Of a stretch of 28,255 nucleotides of DNA, positions 24,445-28,255 are shown in pieces (within the stretch, counting starts at the first letter, position 1; each line of letters starts with the position of its first letter). The stretch comes from a virus (taxonomy: Duplodnaviria > Caudoviricetes), in the IMG/VR virus record IMGVR_UViG_3300030372_001114, positions 1 through 28,255 of that record. One strand, written 5' to 3'. The position numbers and the translations under genes were made by a program. Below the pieces are notes generated by a model. It was not told where the DNA came from and made no database searches. It was given only the letters and a program-made list of their open reading frames with translations.

Positions 24445-25787
24445 TATCCTACTGGTCTGGTTAGTGCTTCAAGTAACGAGCCATTAGGAGTGGTTTCTTC
24501 GTCATCTTCAGCGAGGTCTTGGCTGCTTCTCTCGAATAGATAGTCCTGAGCTGTTTCCCTATCTGGGAATCTGTCTGGATCTTTTTGTAATAATATATCA
24601 GCGACATCGATGATTCCGTGTGAGAGTTCCCAATCCCACTTGGCTCGTCTTTCTTCATCGGATAGTATCTCCTCTTGTTCCTCGTAATCAAGTTTTATTA
24701 GTTCACCAGCGTTCACATTTGCTTCAACGCCTATAATAATTGATTCTAATTCAAACATTTTCTTCTCAACATCTTTCCACCGAATAATATCACTAATGCG
24801 CGATTCGGTAAGCTCCTGATTTCTCAGTTTGATTGCTACACCAGATTGAGCTGCCGTTCCGTCTACGAATGAGATATTTAGATGATAGTTCTGCGCGAGT
24901 AACTTGTAGCTATGCTCTATGGAGGAAGCTAAAGCATCTACTGTATTCGGTGGAGATACGATGTTCATTGTTCCATCAATTCCAAGAAAGCTAATTTTAT
25001 CTTGACCAACTTCGAGAGTATCTTTCTCTACTTGGCTACCATTAACATACATATAGCCAAATGATTGGAACATTGTATTTGCATTGGAGTTTGTTTCTGA
25101 TACATTAACCTCTAAGTTCGTAGCTAAACAATCCATAGCTGGAGATGTATCGATATAGGAATACTCAGGGCGACCATTTTTAAAACATTCAATGAAAGGT
25201 AACACACCGTAAGGATTAATGTGCTCTGGATTGTCTGGGTCGTCCTGAATCTTCCCATTATTGTCAAATATAAATGTGTTCTCACTATCCCAATAAGCAG
25301 TTAACTCTGGAGTATCGTCCATTACAGATGCTTTAATAGAGAGAGGATATGTAATAGCTGTAGGTCTTAATGGATCATCACCGAATTGTGCTTCAAAGTC
25401 CATTATAATATCATAATCTATTACACCATTACGCCAAGTAGGTTTTATCAAGATATGCTCAAGCAGATTCGTCATTCGTTCTGCTCTTTGCAGTTTTAAA
25501 TCTTTTTCATTAAACATCATAGGAACATTCTCATTTGAGTATTCACGCTTTGGTGGCTTCATATACACCAAACTAATTCTATCTATAATACGCCTTGTAA
25601 TATTGACATTGGCTAATGGTATCTTATTTAGAAGATTGTTGCTAAAATAATTTCTAGTATAATCTTCTGTATTTCCATTATAAAAATCTCTAGCCATAAT
25701 TCTTTTTCTACGCCATTCATTCTTAGCGTTTTGTTGTGCTGTTGCTTGTGATTCTCTTAATAGCATTTTGCCTACGTTCGGTATCAT
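24444..25787 (-). CDS. Portal protein (SPP1-like)
   Basis: 447 aa after TerL; FYNG, NPYGVLPF and SGVAIKL motifs. Confidence 0.88.
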   Translation of the reverse strand: MIPNVGKMLLRESQATAQQNAKNEWRRKRIMARDFYNGNTEDYTRNYFSNNLLNKIPLANVNITRRIIDRISLVYMKPPKREYSNENVPMMFNEKDLKLQRAERMTNLLEHILIKPTWRNGVIDYDIIMDFEAQFGDDPLRPTAITYPLSIKASVMDDTPELTAYWDSENTFIFDNNGKIQDDPDNPEHINPYGVLPFIECFKNGRPEYSYIDTSPAMDCLATNLEVNVSETNSNANTMFQSFGYMYVNGSQVEKDTLEVGQDKISFLGIDGTMNIVSPPNTVDALASSIEHSYKLLAQNYHLNISFVDGTAAQSGVAIKLRNQELTESRISDIIRWKDVEKKMFELESIIIGVEANVNAGELIKLDYEEQEEILSDEERRAKWDWELSHGIIDVADILLQKDPDRFPDRETAQDYLFERSSQDLAEDDEETTPNGSLLEALTRPVG

Positions 25788-27046
25788 CTCTCTATTGCTC
25801 CTAATGTTGGTTTATTTATGGGAAACAAATAGCTTGTTAAGTAGCCCAAAGCATCACTACTATGCGTCAATAGTTTGTTAGTTTTGTCTATCTCTCTTGT
25901 TCCCTGCTTGTTGGTTACTTTCTCTAAGTCCTGAATCAACTCTTGACATCTAGGACTGATAATCATATTTCCCTCCAACATTTTATTTACCGAATTAACT
26001 CTATTAACTACTAATGGGTTTTTATTCCCCATTCTAATTTGAAATCCATTCATCTTCAATATATCAAAATCTGAATGAGCAGATGATGTTGCTCGTTGTC
26101 TTGAACTAGCATCAGGATATATAATGTATTGTTCATTTGGATATTTTGATTTTATGGTATCAGACATTCTTTGTGTAAGTAAGTCACCTTGACCTTGATG
26201 TGAAAGTGTGATTGTGTCGAACACTTTGATTTTTGGTGATGTTGGGTAGATGTTAGCCAATATGCAACAAAAGGGCTGAACATTGAAATCGATCCCGATG
26301 TGTATCGGCTGACTTCGGTCATATTCACATTCTTGGACATTTTTACTCCTATCGAACATATAAGTTGATTCGTTCTGTATGTTTATAAAATTTCCATCAC
26401 GATACGCTTGTAACATTCTTTTATCATAGTTTTCTTCTAATAAATCTACATAAGCATCAGGTAGAAATGGATTGTCGGTAGTCTTTCCGTGTATTAATGC
26501 TTTGCTATCATTAAAATTCTCTACAAACTGATGATGAGTATAATGGAATCCCTCTGGCGATGTTACAATATATATCTCACAATCACTACTACCTCTCATA
26601 CGACCAATAGCTTTCTTGTATGCTATATCGCAATTCTTCCAGCTTTCTACATCAAACTCATCAAACCCAATAAAAGTAAGCTCTGCACCAATAATTCTTT
26701 GTGGCTTTTGTAACTGGTATATCTTCATTATTCCATATGGCGTAGTGAATTTATGCTTCTGAACATTGTATTTGTAATTGATACCATTACGTTCAAATAT
26801 ATCTTTCATTGGCTCTACAAACAATTCTTCTGCTAATTCGTATGTAGGATATATAATCCAACCATTAGACATATCTTTATCGTTTCTTTTCTTTATATGA
26901 TTGATAAATGTCTTGTGTAAAAAAGCGTATGTTTTACCTGATCCAAATCCACCTACTAAGGCGTTAATTTGTTTCTTAGATGTAATGAACTCCCATTGAT
27001 GAGGAAGATAATCCTCTTGATATAAGGTCATTTTAGATTCCATCAA
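25784..27046 (-). CDS. terL: Terminase large subunit
   Basis: LPHQ, Walker A GGFGSGKT, Walker B IGFDE, TSPEG, nuclease GIDFN and H.SDALGY. Confidence 0.96.
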   Translation of the reverse strand: MMESKMTLYQEDYLPHQWEFITSKKQINALVGGFGSGKTYAFLHKTFINHIKKRNDKDMSNGWIIYPTYELAEELFVEPMKDIFERNGINYKYNVQKHKFTTPYGIMKIYQLQKPQRIIGAELTFIGFDEFDVESWKNCDIAYKKAIGRMRGSSDCEIYIVTSPEGFHYTHHQFVENFNDSKALIHGKTTDNPFLPDAYVDLLEENYDKRMLQAYRDGNFINIQNESTYMFDRSKNVQECEYDRSQPIHIGIDFNVQPFCCILANIYPTSPKIKVFDTITLSHQGQGDLLTQRMSDTIKSKYPNEQYIIYPDASSRQRATSSAHSDFDILKMNGFQIRMGNKNPLVVNRVNSVNKMLEGNMIISPRCQELIQDLEKVTNKQGTREIDKTNKLLTHSSDALGYLTSYLFPINKPTLGAIER

Positions 27047-27341
27047 ACTCTATTTCTTCTATTGGTCTAATGTGTTCTATCTCTTGCTTATCTACTTGTC
27101 CTAGCATTTGTTTCCCTAACCATATTAACATCGTAGAATTGCCTGATAAAGCTGTATCTAATTGAGCTTTTCTTAATCTTTTTTTTAGATTAGCTCTGCC
27201 TTTTGTAAGAAATTCGCCATAACGCCTGATTGTATTCTCACTACAGCCAAAGAAATCTGCAATCTCCATATTAGTACAACCATATCCAGCTAATTTTTCT
27301 ACTTCTTTAGTGTCAATATCATATTTTTTTGGTCTAGCCAT
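27033..27341 (-). CDS. terS: Terminase small subunit
   Basis: RPKK...HTH (GCT..EIADFFGCS..TI) and MLIWLGKQMLGQ; upstream of TerL. Confidence 0.82.
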   Translation of the reverse strand: MARPKKYDIDTKEVEKLAGYGCTNMEIADFFGCSENTIRRYGEFLTKGRANLKKRLRKAQLDTALSGNSTMLIWLGKQMLGQVDKQEIEHIRPIEEIEFDGI

Positions 27342-27362
27342 ACTCTAAACCTAATAATATTT

Positions 27363-27785
27363 TTATTGTTTTTCTAAGATTTTATTTGTAGGAGATACTT
27401 TTACAAAGACATAATCCTCTGCTCCCCATACTTTTGAAGCATAGATTTGTACTACCTGCGAATCATCTTTGTAGAATATTCCATTAAGAGCATCACATAC
27501 AAATTTAACTAAATTATCTAAGTCTGCCTTACTTGATTTATAATATGGAGCATCATCTTTAAGTATTAATTCTTTATTCTTACTTCTATAATGATTTCTA
27601 GGTCGCTTGTAGCAAAATGTTATACTTAGCTCTATATCTTTCGTAATTGGTTTTGCTGGTGCGAACTGCTTTGCTTGTAATAGAAATTTATTTTTATCCT
27701 TAGATGATGGATCATATTGGAATCTTCCATTACTACGATGCCTTTGTTGTGGCTTTGGTCTAGTTCTAATTAGAAAACTAATCAA
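27363..27785 (-). CDS. rusA: RusA-family Holliday junction resolvase
   Basis: DLDNLVKFVCDALNG..YKDDSQV signature. Confidence 0.92.
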   Translation of the reverse strand: MISFLIRTRPKPQQRHRSNGRFQYDPSSKDKNKFLLQAKQFAPAKPITKDIELSITFCYKRPRNHYRSKNKELILKDDAPYYKSSKADLDNLVKFVCDALNGIFYKDDSQVVQIYASKVWGAEDYVFVKVSPTNKILEKQ

Positions 27786-28018
27786 TTTTCGTCATAATGC
27801 TTATTTGCAATATCTTGTAAGTTTACCATAACATCTTTATCGATTATCACGATATTATCATAGCTGTCATCTTCTTTTCTTATTGATGGAACACCTACGA
27901 ACTTTCCATTAATACCTTCTATCAGCTTAAATCCCTTTATTGTAAATCCATTTACTTTTACATTGAAGAACGCTTTAATCTTTCCCCAACTACCTTTGGT
28001 CATTCTTTCTATTTCCAT
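27782..28018 (-). CDS. SpoVG-like protein (variant B)
   Basis: Near-identical to 100-336. Confidence 0.75.
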   Translation of the reverse strand: MEIERMTKGSWGKIKAFFNVKVNGFTIKGFKLIEGINGKFVGVPSIRKEDDSYDNIVIIDKDVMVNLQDIANKHYDEN

Positions 28019-28028
28019 TTATTTCCCC

Positions 28029-28250
28029 TTACCATAGTTTATATTTATTTCTTTGATTTCTTTTCCTACCATTCTCGCTACAACATTTCTTGCAATACGA
28101 TTGATAGCCACCTACTCGCGTGTGATATTGCTCTTTTTTTCTAACTTTATTACATTGATTGCAGATTATTCCACCATCAACAAATCTTTCCTTATATCGC
28201 CTTGTAGCTTCTACTGACCTCTTACTTTTAAATTTATCTATTTTACCCAT
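28029..28250 (-). CDS. Small basic Zn-finger protein (second copy)
   Basis: Protein identical to 889-1110. Confidence 0.8.
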   Translation of the reverse strand: MGKIDKFKSKRSVEATRRYKERFVDGGIICNQCNKVRKKEQYHTRVGGYQSYCKKCCSENGRKRNQRNKYKLW

Positions 28251-28255
28251 AAGAT

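Larger units (their letters stand above)
27683..28255. repeat. Right copy of imperfect terminal redundancy (lacks the 542-bp cassette)
   Basis: Equals 1-349 joined to 892-1115, with substitutions. Confidence 0.97.

Noticed and set aside
2601-26340. Nested minus-strand alternative-frame ORFs (2601-2792, 19479-19727, 20128-20316, 24461-24691, 26152-26340)
   Set aside because: They lie within stronger genes and lack motifs; 20128-20316 inside the endolysin has no lipobox, so it is not a convincing embedded spanin.
2260-26713. All plus-strand ORFs in the track (e.g. 2615-2983, 19027-19356, 22501-22749)
   Set aside because: Antisense shadows of well-supported minus-strand genes, with no recognisable motifs.
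1-28255. Stop-codon reassignment
   Set aside because: Genes tile densely under the standard code, and TAA, TAG and TGA all end genes at sensible boundaries.

Overview
The window looks like one essentially complete, AT-rich tailed-phage genome, siphovirus-like and about 27.7 kb, with every credible gene on the minus strand. In transcription order (right to left) it carries: a Zn-finger gene, SpoVG-like, RusA, TerS, TerL, portal, minor head protein, scaffold, major capsid, a lysis cassette (M15C L-Ala-D-Glu endolysin, small membrane proteins, an MscS-like fragment), putative fibre/decoration proteins, neck and tail genes (tube, -1 frameshifted chaperone, tape measure, large tail-tip protein, distal-tail-like protein) and an intrinsic terminator. 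An early block follows with a single-strand annealing protein, a PD-(D/E)XK nuclease, Zn-finger microproteins, a short C5 DNA methyltransferase and a replication initiator with internal repeats. The two ends overlap as imperfect copies (1-1115 vs 27683-28255). They differ by SNPs and by a precise 542-bp gene cassette encoding an RNAP alpha-CTD-like protein, which suggests two co-assembled variants of a circular or permuted genome. The most unusual signal is a type-I dockerin at the C-terminus of the tail-tip protein, immediately followed by a small, likely beta-rich gene that may be its cohesin-like partner, i.e. a possible cellulosome-style docking module on a phage tail. Other leads are a multi-stem GC-rich RNA candidate and short repeats at gene boundaries that bracket single genes. 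All family assignments come from motif recognition by eye; no searches were run.
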